Positions 7,970 to 17,036 of a stretch of DNA of 32,000 nucleotides are shown here, one piece after another. The stretch is taken from positions 1,260,001-1,292,000 of the forward strand of contig OY780959.1 in assembly GCA_963675915.1 (NCBI GenBank), read 5' to 3'. Each line of letters begins with the position of its first letter. Positions within the stretch are counted from its first letter, which is position 1. Both the position numbers and the translations under genes were made by a program. The notes under the pieces were generated by a model. It did not search any database. It was not told the DNA's origin and worked only from the letters and a program-made list of their open reading frames with translations. Source of the stretch: Coprobacillaceae bacterium (lineage in GTDB: Bacteria; Bacillota_I; Bacilli_A; Erysipelotrichales; Coprobacillaceae).

Positions 7970-8404
7970 ATGACTTACACAATTGGCGATGTGGCCAAAA
8001 TGTTGAACATATCGATTTCCACTTTACGCTACTACGACAAGCAAGGTTTATTGCCGTTGGTGGCCCGAACCAAAGGAAATATCCGGGTTTTCGATGACAC
8101 TGATATCGAATGTCTTAAAATGATCGAATGTCTCAAGGCCACCGGTCTGCCCCTCAAGGATATCAAATCATTCTTCGAATGGTGTGAAATCGGCGATTCG
8201 ACCATCGAACAGCGCTATAACCTGTTCATGGAGCAAAAAGAAAAAACCGAAGAGCAGATTGCGATGCTCACCGACGCCCTGGCGCGGATCAACTACAAAT
8301 GCAATTTCTACGAAGTGGCCCGACAGAAAGGAACCACCAACGTTCCCGGACTGCGCGAAGAGTTGAAACTTAAGTTCCTCAAAGAAGAAAACAAATTTTC
8401 ATAG
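7970..8404 (+). CDS. MerR family transcriptional regulator
   Basis: N-terminal winged HTH (YTIGDVAKMLNISISTLRYYDKQGLL) followed by a coiled-coil region. Start at ATG 7970 after GGAGGTATACAA; the upstream extension in the track overlaps the promoter. Confidence 0.9.
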   Translation: MTYTIGDVAKMLNISISTLRYYDKQGLLPLVARTKGNIRVFDDTDIECLKMIECLKATGLPLKDIKSFFEWCEIGDSTIEQRYNLFMEQKEKTEEQIAMLTDALARINYKCNFYEVARQKGTTNVPGLREELKLKFLKEENKFS

Positions 8405-8411
8405 TTAAAAC

Positions 8412-8436
8412 AAAAAGAGTCCTAGAGACTCTTTTT
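8412..8436. terminator. bidirectional Rho-independent terminator
   Basis: AAAAGAGTC-CTAGA-GACTCTTTT hairpin flanked by an A-run and a T-run, between the convergent merR-family gene and the small membrane ORF. It overlaps the stop of the latter. Confidence 0.65.
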
Positions 8437-8670
8437 ATCATTTTTGAAATCGACAGTGGCGAAGATTGCCATCATCAGCCCAAAAAAGGTGATCAGATAA
8501 CCAAAAGCGCGAAGCCACGGTTCCAGGCTCAGGGCCAGACCGAGAATCGAGAAATTGGTCGCTACCAGCAGGACCTTCAAACTAGCAGCCCTGCCCACTA
8601 AATATTTCATAAAGAAATAAGCCATTGTTCCCGCCAACAACATGAACGAGAAGATAATCATAAGATTCAA
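8422..8670 (-). CDS. small hydrophobic membrane protein (hypothetical)
   Basis: 82-aa ORF with three predicted hydrophobic helices. TTG start preceded by AAGGGGGAAATTTAT. Lies 24 nt downstream of tkt on the same strand. Confidence 0.5.
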   Translation of the reverse strand: MNLMIIFSFMLLAGTMAYFFMKYLVGRAASLKVLLVATNFSILGLALSLEPWLRAFGYLITFFGLMMAIFATVDFKNDKKSL

Positions 8671-8694
8671 ATAAATTTCCCCCTTTTTTTATTT

Positions 8695-10674
8695 TTAATC
8701 GTGCAGCATTTCTTCAACTTTGGCCACTACATTGGCCACCGTGAAGCCGTATTTTTCCAGCAACAGGTTTCCCGGGGCCGATTCGCCAAAACCATCCATG
8801 GTGATATACTCGCCATCAAGCCCGACGCTTTCGCCCCAGCTGTATCTTGATCCTGCTTCAACAACAATCCGTTTGACTACCTTACGCGGCAAAACTGCCT
8901 CTTGATATTCAGCCGGCTGGGTCTTGAAGATATCAAGACATGGCATTGAAACCACCCGGATCTTGACATTTTTGAGTTGTTTTTTGGCCTCAACCACCAG
9001 TTGGACTTCCGAACCCGAAGCAATCAGGATGATGTCGGGATCCCCGACACTGTCATCGATGATATAACCGCCCTTAAGGGCCTCTTTGCTGGTGGAATCA
9101 ATCTGCGGCAGTGCTTGCCGGGAAAGAATCAGGGCCGTCGGCGTTTTGGTCGCCGTCATCGCCAGATACCATCCGGCATTGGTTTCGGTCGCATCGCATG
9201 GTCTGAAAACATTGAAATTCGGCATCGCCCGCAACATGGTCAGATGTTCAACTGGCTGATGGGTCGGTCCATCTTCACCAAGTCCGATACTGTCATGAGT
9301 CAAAACATAAGTAAGCGGAACTTCCATCAAGGCCGACAGCCGCGCCATCGGTTTGAAATAATCACTGAACACCAGGAAGGTCGCTACATAAGTTTTCAAT
9401 CCGCCATGAAGCATCATTCCATTTCCAATTGCCGCCATCGCCAGCTCCCGAACCCCGAAATGGAGATTCTTGCCTGAATAGTTGGTGGCACAAAAGTCGC
9501 CCTTGTCAGCCAGATAGGTTTTGGTTGAAGGGGCCAGATCGGCTGCCCCTCCGATGAAGTTAGGAAATATATTCTTGAGCTTGTTCATGGTTATACCCGA
9601 CAGATTCCGGGTTGCATTAGCTTGATCCTGGAAACGCCAGAAATTCTTGTCGCAATCGATTTTGTCCTGGTAATCGACATTGAAATACTTGTCCCAGATC
9701 TTCTTCATTTCCGGATAAGCCTCAAAATAGCTCTCCAGCAGGGTTTGCCAATGATAATATTGTTGCTGACCTTTTTCCCGTTGGCTGGCGACATGGTCGT
9801 AGACATCATCGCTGACTTGGAAATTCCTGTCAGGGTCGAGACCGAGCGTCTTTTTAAGTTGTTCGACATTGTCATAGCCCAGCGGTTCACCATGGGCTGA
9901 TGCCTTGCCTTCCTTGGCCGGACAGCCCCTGCCGATCACTGTCTTGACTTCAATGAAACTCGGACGGCCCGAATGGGCTTTGGCCTGTTCGATCACCCGG
10001 CGGATTTCCTCGAGGTCATCCCCGTCTTCGACTGTGTAGGTATTGAATCCAAAAGCCTGCATCCGCATCCGGACATTTTCGGTGAATGCCAAGGTGGTGC
10101 AACCTTCAATGGAAATATTATTGGAGTCGTAAAGAACAATCAGCTTGTCAAGTTTCAAATGTCCCGCCAAAGAGAAAGCTTCCGACGAGATTCCTTCCAT
10201 CATGCAGCCATCGCCCCCAAGCACATAATTATAGTGGTCGATGATTTCAAAGCCCGGACGGTTGAATATCGCTGCCAGGTGTTTGGTGGCAATCGTCATC
10301 CCCACCGCCATCGCCATTCCCGCCCCCAACGGTCCGGTTGTAGCTTCGACGCCGGGAGTAAGTCCGTATTCGGGGTGGCCTGGAGTTTTGGAGTCAAGTT
10401 GTCGGAAATTTTCGAGATCCCCCATTGAAAGTCCAAAACCATAAAGATGGCTGAGACTGTAAAGAAGTGCCGAACCATGGCCCCCGGAAAGAACAAAGCG
10501 GTCCCGATTGATCCAATCCGGATGAGCTCCCGAGAACTTCATGTATTCCTGATACAAAAGATAAGCCATCGGTGCCGCTCCCAGTGGTAATCCGGGATGA
10601 CCCGAATTGGCCTTTTGAACCATATCGGCCGATAACGCTCTGATAGTGTTGACTGTTTTTCTGTCTATATTCAT
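8695..10674 (-). CDS. tkt: transketolase
   Basis: 659-aa ORF with a canonical transketolase N-terminus (IRALSADMVQKANSGHPGLPLGAAPMAY), a ThDP-binding GDGCMMEG motif and a pyrimidine-binding/C-terminal domain pattern. Confidence 0.95.
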   Translation of the reverse strand: MNIDRKTVNTIRALSADMVQKANSGHPGLPLGAAPMAYLLYQEYMKFSGAHPDWINRDRFVLSGGHGSALLYSLSHLYGFGLSMGDLENFRQLDSKTPGHPEYGLTPGVEATTGPLGAGMAMAVGMTIATKHLAAIFNRPGFEIIDHYNYVLGGDGCMMEGISSEAFSLAGHLKLDKLIVLYDSNNISIEGCTTLAFTENVRMRMQAFGFNTYTVEDGDDLEEIRRVIEQAKAHSGRPSFIEVKTVIGRGCPAKEGKASAHGEPLGYDNVEQLKKTLGLDPDRNFQVSDDVYDHVASQREKGQQQYYHWQTLLESYFEAYPEMKKIWDKYFNVDYQDKIDCDKNFWRFQDQANATRNLSGITMNKLKNIFPNFIGGAADLAPSTKTYLADKGDFCATNYSGKNLHFGVRELAMAAIGNGMMLHGGLKTYVATFLVFSDYFKPMARLSALMEVPLTYVLTHDSIGLGEDGPTHQPVEHLTMLRAMPNFNVFRPCDATETNAGWYLAMTATKTPTALILSRQALPQIDSTSKEALKGGYIIDDSVGDPDIILIASGSEVQLVVEAKKQLKNVKIRVVSMPCLDIFKTQPAEYQEAVLPRKVVKRIVVEAGSRYSWGESVGLDGEYITMDGFGESAPGNLLLEKYGFTVANVVAKVEEMLHD

Positions 10675-10873
10675 ACATTTCTTCCTTTCATATCTGCAAT
10701 GATGTCTTCCTTATTTGAATATTGATACATAAAAACTTCTATGTGTTTATTATAACAAGTTTTGGTAACAAATAAAACTTCAAGCGGTCAATATTTTAAA
10801 AAATAAAACTGGAAAAATTCGCCTTTATTTCTCCCATCACGCCGCCAGTGCGCCCAGCTTTTATGGTTAACAC

Positions 10874-10902
10874 TTGAATAATTGACGGTTCCGGGCTATG
10901 AT
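10874..10902 (+). promoter_or_regulatory. sigma-A type promoter for the RpiR-family gene
   Basis: TTGAAT (10874-10879), a 17-nt spacer, then TATGAT (10897-10902). The ATG used by the track ORF (10898) lies inside this -10 box, which supports the downstream start at 10937. Confidence 0.45.
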
Positions 10903-10936
10903 TTATACAAAGACACTATTGAAAAGAGGAATTGAT

Positions 10937-11818
10937 ATGTTAATAAGTGAACAGCTTGCCGAGTTCGACACCCTTTCATCTTCGGAGAAATCGGTTGCCC
11001 ATAAAGTCCTGGAATCCGGGCCAAAAATTGAAACGATGACCATCCGGGATCTCGCCGAAGCCGCCTACACTGCCACTTCAGCGGTAACTAGAATGGCCAA
11101 GAAACTGGGCTTCAACGGCTATCAGGAGTTCAAGGACGCCTATCTTGATGAACTGCACTATCTCAACACCCATTTCACCAGAATCGATGCCAACGAACCC
11201 TTCACCAAGGATGACAATCTCAGCCGCGTTTGCAATTCCCTGGGTTTTTTGTACGAAGAAACCAGCAAAGACACCCTGTCTCTGGTCGATTACAGTCAGT
11301 TGATTCGCGCGATTGACCAGATTGAAAAAGCCCGGAACATTTATGTCCTTTGTTATGGAGTGGGCCTGGAGCTTGCCAAAGTTTATTGTGACCGGATGAT
11401 GCGCCTGGGCAAACGGGTTGTAGTCACCGACAATATCAATCAGCAGTTTTATCAAACCTATCATTGCAATGAAGATGATTGTTTTATTGTCATCTCCTAT
11501 ACTGGAACAACCCGCAAGATTCAGACTTATTTGAAAAATATCATCGCCAACCAGGCTCACAGCATTCTGATCACCTCGATTGGAGAAAAGGATCTTTCCA
11601 CCAAAGCCGAAGTTGTCCTGCGGATGTCGACTCGGGAACGGCTGTATTCCAATATCGCCAATTTCACTTCAGTGGTATCGACGATGCTGATTCTTGACAT
11701 GCTATATTCCGGATATTTCCACCGCAACTACGAAGATAACTTTGCCCTCAAGAAAAAACTGGCCCGGGAATACGAGGACTGCCGCACCAGCATTTCAATC
11801 TTGATGGAAGAAGACTAA
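10937..11818 (+). CDS. MurR/RpiR family transcriptional regulator
   Basis: N-terminal HTH_6-like region (TIRDLAEAAYTATSAVTRMAKKLGFNGYQEFK) plus a C-terminal SIS domain pattern. ATG 10937 is preceded by AAGAGGAATTGAT. Confidence 0.85.
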   Translation: MLISEQLAEFDTLSSSEKSVAHKVLESGPKIETMTIRDLAEAAYTATSAVTRMAKKLGFNGYQEFKDAYLDELHYLNTHFTRIDANEPFTKDDNLSRVCNSLGFLYEETSKDTLSLVDYSQLIRAIDQIEKARNIYVLCYGVGLELAKVYCDRMMRLGKRVVVTDNINQQFYQTYHCNEDDCFIVISYTGTTRKIQTYLKNIIANQAHSILITSIGEKDLSTKAEVVLRMSTRERLYSNIANFTSVVSTMLILDMLYSGYFHRNYEDNFALKKKLAREYEDCRTSISILMEED

Positions 11819-11837
11819 CCCCTTTGTTTTCAAAATG

Positions 11838-11877
11838 CGCTGTTTTTCCATCCCAATTTGGAAACAGCGTTTTTTTA
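11838..11877 (+). terminator. Rho-independent terminator
   Basis: CGCTGTTT..CC / GGAAACAGCG stem followed by TTTTTTT, 20 nt after the RpiR stop. Confidence 0.7.
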
Positions 11878-11946
11878 TGGTCTATAATCATTGTCTGACC
11901 CGCTTGATTTTGATATTTTATTCACAAGTAAACCAGGAGGAAGAAA

Positions 11947-13860
11947 ATGTACGAAAAATTATTTGAACCGATGAAAATCGGAAAAATTGAAATCAAAAAC
12001 CGTTTTGTAATGCCACCGATGGACAGCCATTATACGGACACCGGACATTACTATACTGATAAAGCCCTTAACTATTATGGTGAAAGAGCCAAAGGGGAAT
12101 TTGGACTAATCATCACTGAATACACATGCGTATCAGAAGAAGGACTTGCCAGCAAAACCCAAGCTGGGATCTACGATGACAAATTCATCCCAAGTTTGAC
12201 AAAATTGGTTGATCGCGTTCATGAAAACGGCGCTCATATCTTCTGTCAGATTCATCATGCCGGAAGACAACAGGGAGCCGGAGCGACTGAATTGCCGGCA
12301 GTTGGAGCCAGTGCCAAACCTTCATCGTCACAATTTAGAAAAATCCACCAATTGACCACTGAAGAAATTCCAGGAGTGATCCAGAAGTTCATCGACGGAG
12401 CCATCCGAGCTCAAAAAGCCGGATTCGACGGAGTTGAAGTCCATGGTGCTCATGGTTACCTGTTGGCCCAATTCCTTTCCAAAGGAACCAACAAGAGAAT
12501 CGATCAATACGGTGGCAATACGACCAACCGCGCTCGAATCGTTTGTGAAATCATCGCCGGAATCAAGGAAGCTTGCGGAGTTGATTTCCCGGTTACCGTA
12601 AGAATCAGCGGTGATGAAGCCTACTATGGCGGAAATACAATTGAAGATGCTGTCGCTCAGGCAATCCTGATGGAAAAAGCCGGGGCTGATGCCATCCACG
12701 TTTCATACGGACCGGCAATCCAATCATATTATGTCAATGCCGGTTATAACATCGAAAACGGAGCCAAAGTCAAAGATGCAGTTTCCATCCCAATAATCGG
12801 AGTGGGAAGAATCAATGATCCGGCAATGGCTTTAAGCATGGTGGAAACCGGAAAAGCCGACTTTGTCGCTTTGGGTCGCCAATCTATCTGCGATTCGCAC
12901 TTCCCCCGCAAAGTCAAAGAAGGCCGCATCGATGAGATTCTGGTCTGCTCAGGCTGCATGCAACGTTGTCTGTACTCAAGTTCTTTCGAAGAGGGATTTG
13001 GAACTTCATGTCTGATCAATCCTTTCAGTGGGAAAGAAAATGTCTGGACCATTGATCCAACTGACCAACCGAAGAAAATCGCAGTTGTCGGAGCGGGACC
13101 AGCCGGACTTCAGGCAGCTTGGATTCTCTCTAAAAGAGGTCATGACGTTACTGTTTATGAAAAAGACGCAACTGCCGGCGGTCAATATCTGCTTGCCAGT
13201 GTCCCATCAATGAAACAGGAATTGGCGAAAACCATTTCAACTTACCTGACTTTCAACAAGAAATACGGAACTGAAATTCTTTACAACACACCAGCAACAA
13301 CCGAACTGTTACAAGAAGGCAAATTTGATGAAATCATCATCGCCACCGGTTCAATGCCGATTGTTCCGGGGATTCCAGGAATCAAAAACGAAAACGTTTA
13401 TCTGGCCAACGATGTGCTAAAATTCGACGAGCTGATCAAGGATGAAAAAATCCTCGTTCTTGGTGGCGGACTGGTCGGAGCGGAAACGGCTGAACTTCTA
13501 GCTGAATACAACAATGAAGTTACCATCGTTGATATGATCGACCAAATCGCTCCTCAGGCCCCAAAACTCCCTCGTAACAACCTGATTGATCATTTAAAAC
13601 ACCTGAATGTTCAATTCGTGCTTAACAGCAAAGTCCAAACCATCAATACTGACGGGATTGATTATGAATTTGAAGGCGCAACCAAGAAACTGGCCGGATT
13701 CGATAAAATTATCCTGGCTTTCGGTTCCCGCGCCAACAATACCCTCTTTGAACAGATCAAAGACCAATTGGACAATGTCCATGTAATCGGTGATGCCCTG
13801 CAGGCCCGTGACGCCCAAAAAGCAATTTTTGAAGCGACCAAACTGGCAATCGAACTGTAG
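11947..13860 (+). CDS. NADH:flavin oxidoreductase of the OYE / 2,4-dienoyl-CoA (enoate) reductase type, fused to an FAD/NAD(P)-binding domain
   Basis: 637 aa. It has an N-terminal OYE TIM-barrel pattern (KNRFVMPPM; GFDGVEVHGAHGYLLAQFLS) and a Cys cluster C-x2-C-x3-C-x13-C (CSGCMQRCL...SC) typical of the 4Fe-4S site in this family. Two dinucleotide-binding motifs follow (VVGAGPAGLQAA; VLGGGLVGAETA). AGGAGG RBS. Confidence 0.85.
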   Translation: MYEKLFEPMKIGKIEIKNRFVMPPMDSHYTDTGHYYTDKALNYYGERAKGEFGLIITEYTCVSEEGLASKTQAGIYDDKFIPSLTKLVDRVHENGAHIFCQIHHAGRQQGAGATELPAVGASAKPSSSQFRKIHQLTTEEIPGVIQKFIDGAIRAQKAGFDGVEVHGAHGYLLAQFLSKGTNKRIDQYGGNTTNRARIVCEIIAGIKEACGVDFPVTVRISGDEAYYGGNTIEDAVAQAILMEKAGADAIHVSYGPAIQSYYVNAGYNIENGAKVKDAVSIPIIGVGRINDPAMALSMVETGKADFVALGRQSICDSHFPRKVKEGRIDEILVCSGCMQRCLYSSSFEEGFGTSCLINPFSGKENVWTIDPTDQPKKIAVVGAGPAGLQAAWILSKRGHDVTVYEKDATAGGQYLLASVPSMKQELAKTISTYLTFNKKYGTEILYNTPATTELLQEGKFDEIIIATGSMPIVPGIPGIKNENVYLANDVLKFDELIKDEKILVLGGGLVGAETAELLAEYNNEVTIVDMIDQIAPQAPKLPRNNLIDHLKHLNVQFVLNSKVQTINTDGIDYEFEGATKKLAGFDKIILAFGSRANNTLFEQIKDQLDNVHVIGDALQARDAQKAIFEATKLAIEL

Positions 13861-13875
13861 CATAAAGGAGACAAT

Positions 13876-14619
13876 ATGGAAAAAGTCGTTATCATAACCG
13901 GTGGTACCAGCGGAATCGGACTGGAAGTTGCCAAGAAATTCCTTAGCGTCGGTGACAAAGTAGTCATCGCCAGCATCGACTGCGAAGCAACCATCGAAAA
14001 ATCAATGAATGAACTGAATAAACTTGGCGAAGCTAGCTTCTACAAATGCAATGTGGCCTGTCATCACGACTGTCAGGATGTCGTTACCGAAACCATCAAC
14101 AAATACGGTCGCATCGACATTCTGGTCAACGTGGCCGGAATCACCGGTAAACGGGAAAAGCTGATTGAAGGCGATCTTGCCAATATCAAAAAAACCATCG
14201 AAGTCAATTTGATGGGAAGCATCAACATGGCTCATTATGTAGCCAAGGAGATGGTTACTCAAAAATCGGGAACCATCGTCAATGTCGGATCAATTTGCGG
14301 ATTCATGGTGAACAGCGAGTCGATTGGCTATCATGCATCAAAAGGCGGAGTAAAGATGTTCACCCAGGCTTTGGCCCGGGAACTGGCTCCATTTGGCATC
14401 CGGGTTGTTTCAGTAGCACCCGGCTGGGTCAGAACCGCCATGGTCGATGAAAAGACGGCCGAACTTGGTGGTACTTTCCACCTCAAAAATCGAATTCTCG
14501 AACCCAAAGAGATTTCCAATGCCATCTACCTTCTCACCCTTGAAGAAGCTAGCGGCATCAATGGCACCACAGTGATGGTCGATGATGGCTACACGACCTT
14601 CAAAGGAACCTGGGATTAG
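13876..14619 (+). CDS. SDR family oxidoreductase
   Basis: TGGTSGIG cofactor motif, NVAG, and the catalytic Y-x3-K (YHASKGG). AAAGGAG RBS. Lies 15 nt after the flavoprotein gene, so probably in the same operon. Confidence 0.9.
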   Translation: MEKVVIITGGTSGIGLEVAKKFLSVGDKVVIASIDCEATIEKSMNELNKLGEASFYKCNVACHHDCQDVVTETINKYGRIDILVNVAGITGKREKLIEGDLANIKKTIEVNLMGSINMAHYVAKEMVTQKSGTIVNVGSICGFMVNSESIGYHASKGGVKMFTQALARELAPFGIRVVSVAPGWVRTAMVDEKTAELGGTFHLKNRILEPKEISNAIYLLTLEEASGINGTTVMVDDGYTTFKGTWD

Positions 14620-14649
14620 GACCTATTCCAATCATCCCCCTTATCTGAT

Positions 14650-14681
14650 ACCCGAATCCATCCTCTGGATTCGGGTTTTTA
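14650..14681 (+). terminator. Rho-independent terminator
   Basis: ACCCGAATCCA-TCCTC-TGGATTCGGGT hairpin followed by TTTTT. Confidence 0.8.
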
Positions 14682-14704
14682 TTTGATTGATAAAAACGTA
14701 CATC

Positions 14705-14728
14705 AAAAAAGGTCCCTCAGGGGACCTT
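14705..14728 (-). terminator. Rho-independent terminator after the GGDEF gene
   Basis: AAGGTCCC / GGGACCTT stem with a 4-nt loop, followed on the minus strand by TTTTTT. Lies 13 nt after the stop at 14741. Confidence 0.7.
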
Positions 14729-14740
14729 GTCTTTGTTTGA

Positions 14741-15877
14741 TCAGTTTTCATTGATATCCAGCAGTGGACAGTCACTTTGTTTGATTGTGACCTTGTTTTG
14801 ATACATCCTTTTATCAGCGGTAATGAAAATATCATCAATGGTCATCGTTTTTTGATACAGTTCATAACCATAACTGAAAGTTAGCTCGTGGATAATTGGA
14901 TTGCTGTGATTTCTAAGCTGTTTTTGGATTCGTCCGATATGCAAATCGACTTGATGGATTTCACAGTCGATGATGACCGAGAACTCATCACCACCCAGCC
15001 GGGCCACCAGCCCTTTTTCCTCGAAAACATTTTTGACAATCGAGGCAAATTCAACCAGGACTTCATCCCCGCTTTTATGACCGTAATTGTCATTGATGCT
15101 TTTGAAATTATTAAGATCAAGCACCATCACGGCGAAGTTATGGCCATGTTGGATCAGATACTCGAGATGCTGTTCATAGCTTCGACGATTATACAGTTTG
15201 GTCAAATGGTCTTCTTCCATCGGAGTGGTCTCAAGCAGGATGTAGATTGCCATCAAAACAAACACCACCGAGGTCCAAGCCAGATGAAGACGGGAATCAA
15301 AAATCTGTCCGAACATGGCAATTATCGGTACCAGGAAACAGACAACCAAAATCAACAGGTCGTTGGTCATGATTCTCTTGATATTGACAACCAGAAAGTA
15401 AAGCATATAAAGATACAAGCCCAGGAACATCATATAATGCATCAATATGAATCCGGCATGGGAATAGACATTGGTCATTGGATTGACAGTGAAGTAGATT
15501 GGATGGACAAAATTGATTATCAAAATCCCAATGGTCGCCATAGTGATATGTTGATAGAAAAGCCGTCCGGAAATCCGCTGCTTGTCATTGAAGACCCGGT
15601 AGTCGACATATGACATCAACAGACCAGCCGTCACCGGACCGATGATATAGAGTGTCAGATTGGTCAGATAATTGATGTAATAACTGCCATTGAAGACCAC
15701 ACCATCAAAAATCCAACTTAGCGGTTCATCAATGATTCCGATGGCCGAGGTGATTATTATCATATTGATCAAAAACTTGCTGTAGGTCTTGATTGTCGAC
15801 AGCCTGACAAAGACAAACAAAACTGCCAGAATCAGCAAGCTGAAGATATTTATTTGAAACTGAACCAGATAATCCAT
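14741..15877 (-). CDS. membrane-anchored diguanylate cyclase (GGDEF domain)
   Basis: 378 aa. The N-terminal ~210 aa are polytopic and hydrophobic (5-6 predicted helices). The C-terminal GGDEF domain has an intact active site (RLGGDEFSV) and the NNFKSINDNYGH segment. GGGGAGAAGGA RBS. Confidence 0.9.
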   Translation of the reverse strand: MDYLVQFQINIFSLLILAVLFVFVRLSTIKTYSKFLINMIIITSAIGIIDEPLSWIFDGVVFNGSYYINYLTNLTLYIIGPVTAGLLMSYVDYRVFNDKQRISGRLFYQHITMATIGILIINFVHPIYFTVNPMTNVYSHAGFILMHYMMFLGLYLYMLYFLVVNIKRIMTNDLLILVVCFLVPIIAMFGQIFDSRLHLAWTSVVFVLMAIYILLETTPMEEDHLTKLYNRRSYEQHLEYLIQHGHNFAVMVLDLNNFKSINDNYGHKSGDEVLVEFASIVKNVFEEKGLVARLGGDEFSVIIDCEIHQVDLHIGRIQKQLRNHSNPIIHELTFSYGYELYQKTMTIDDIFITADKRMYQNKVTIKQSDCPLLDINEN

Positions 15878-15933
15878 TCCTTCTCCCCTGTAAAGCGTAT
15901 TTTTTCACCATCGGCTAGCCGATATTTATCCTA

Positions 15934-15962
15934 ATTATATTAAATATTAGTAACCATATCAA
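15934..15962 (-). promoter_or_regulatory. sigma-A type promoter for the GGDEF gene
   Basis: Minus strand reads TTGATA, a 17-nt spacer, then TATAAT, about 57 nt upstream of ATG 15877. Confidence 0.55.
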
Positions 15963-16176
15963 GGGAAAAGATAGAAAAATTCACACAAGTCGAAATAATT
16001 ACACTCATTGCCAATTCCGATTGGCCCCGGGAGTGAATTGGGGCACAAATAGTGATTACTAACCCGGTAAAACCGGCGCGACACTAACGATTATCGAGCA
16101 CAATCCCCCGGATGTTATCAAGCCAAAACCAAATTTCCAAAGCGGAATTATCTTCCTGAATTCAAAAAAGCATAAT

Positions 16177-16198
16177 AAAAGCCGGAAATATTTCCGGC
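16177..16198 (-). terminator. Rho-independent terminator after ywbE-like gene
   Basis: Perfect palindrome GCCGGAAATATTTCCGGC followed on the minus strand by TTTTATTATGCTTTTTT. Confidence 0.75.
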
Positions 16199-16209
16199 TG
16201 CAATTCATT

Positions 16210-16404
16210 TTATCCGATTATTTCCTGCACCCGTCCGACAATTCCGTCTTCGAGCATCACTTTGATGCCGCGGGGATGTTTGGCCGAGTTGGTCAGCAAA
16301 CGCGCCACTGTCCCTTCGGTAAGTTTTCCGGTTCGCTGATCCTGTTTTTGCACAACCATGACACGAGTTCCCGGTTTGATATTTTTTCGTACTGTATGAT
16401 CCAT
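16210..16404 (-). CDS. YwbE family small protein (DUF2196-like)
   Basis: The 64-aa sequence (IKPGTRVMVVQKQDQRTGKLTEGTVARLLTNSAKHPRGIKVMLEDGIVGRVQEI) matches the conserved YwbE pattern as I remember it. Confidence 0.75.
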   Translation of the reverse strand: MDHTVRKNIKPGTRVMVVQKQDQRTGKLTEGTVARLLTNSAKHPRGIKVMLEDGIVGRVQEIIG

Positions 16405-16487
16405 ATTATCCTCTTTCTTTTTCTTCTTGGTGCTATGTCTTGAAACATCCTACTTGAAAAGATGCCCGCTGTCAACTTTTCCAGCCC

Positions 16488-16853
16488 TCATCCTGTCACC
16501 AGCTTTACCACTAACATCAAAACCAGCACCCAGATCAGGATAACGGGAAGCGCATAATACCAATGCTTTCCCGATTTTTCCAAAAGCAGTTTCGCCTTTT
16601 CCCGCGCGCAAATCATCACATCGTCGGGAATCAGCCTGATAGCCAGAGCAATCATTCCCGGTAAAAGGAACAAATCATCAAGGTAGCCCAGGACCGGAAT
16701 GAAATCCGGAATCAGATCAAGCGGTGACAAGGCGTATCCGATTACCAAAGCAACGATTATTTTCGCCCCAACCGGAGTCTTTTGATCCCCAAGGGCAATC
16801 ACCAGGGCCGGAATTTCGGTTTTCAGTTTTCTTGCCCGCTCTTTAAGATTCAT
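16488..16853 (-). CDS. YkvA/DUF1232 family membrane protein
   Basis: Characteristic YALSPLDLIPDFIPVLGYLDD motif. Start set at ATG 16853 after TAAGGAGAAAACG. Confidence 0.8.
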   Translation of the reverse strand: MNLKERARKLKTEIPALVIALGDQKTPVGAKIIVALVIGYALSPLDLIPDFIPVLGYLDDLFLLPGMIALAIRLIPDDVMICAREKAKLLLEKSGKHWYYALPVILIWVLVLMLVVKLVTG

Positions 16854-17000
16854 CGTTTTCTCCTTAGCTTGTTTTATGTTACTTCTCTTTTCCATTCCAT
16901 CATATCACCTTTTAGATATCGACGCCAAGCCCGCTTCAATTATGGAGGGCGATGCCAAGTGTTTCATTTGGCGAAAATACCCGGATTAAAAGCGATTACA

Positions 17001-17009
17001 TGCTATAAT
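17001..17009 (+). promoter_or_regulatory. extended -10 element (TGcTATAAT) upstream of the Cof-type phosphatase gene
   Basis: TGCTATAAT lies 28 nt upstream of the TTG start. No convincing -35 was seen. Confidence 0.35.
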
Positions 17010-17036
17010 CTTGATAGATAATAGGAGGGTATTAAA

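Noticed and set aside
8720-10678. Multiple 60-166 aa ORFs on both strands inside the transketolase gene
   Set aside because: They are all nested in or antisense to a 659-aa ORF with canonical transketolase motifs.
14888-15613. 241-aa plus-strand ORF
   Set aside because: It is antisense to the GGDEF gene. It is hydrophilic and low-complexity (H/Q/D-rich), as expected for the reverse frame of a membrane-domain coding region.
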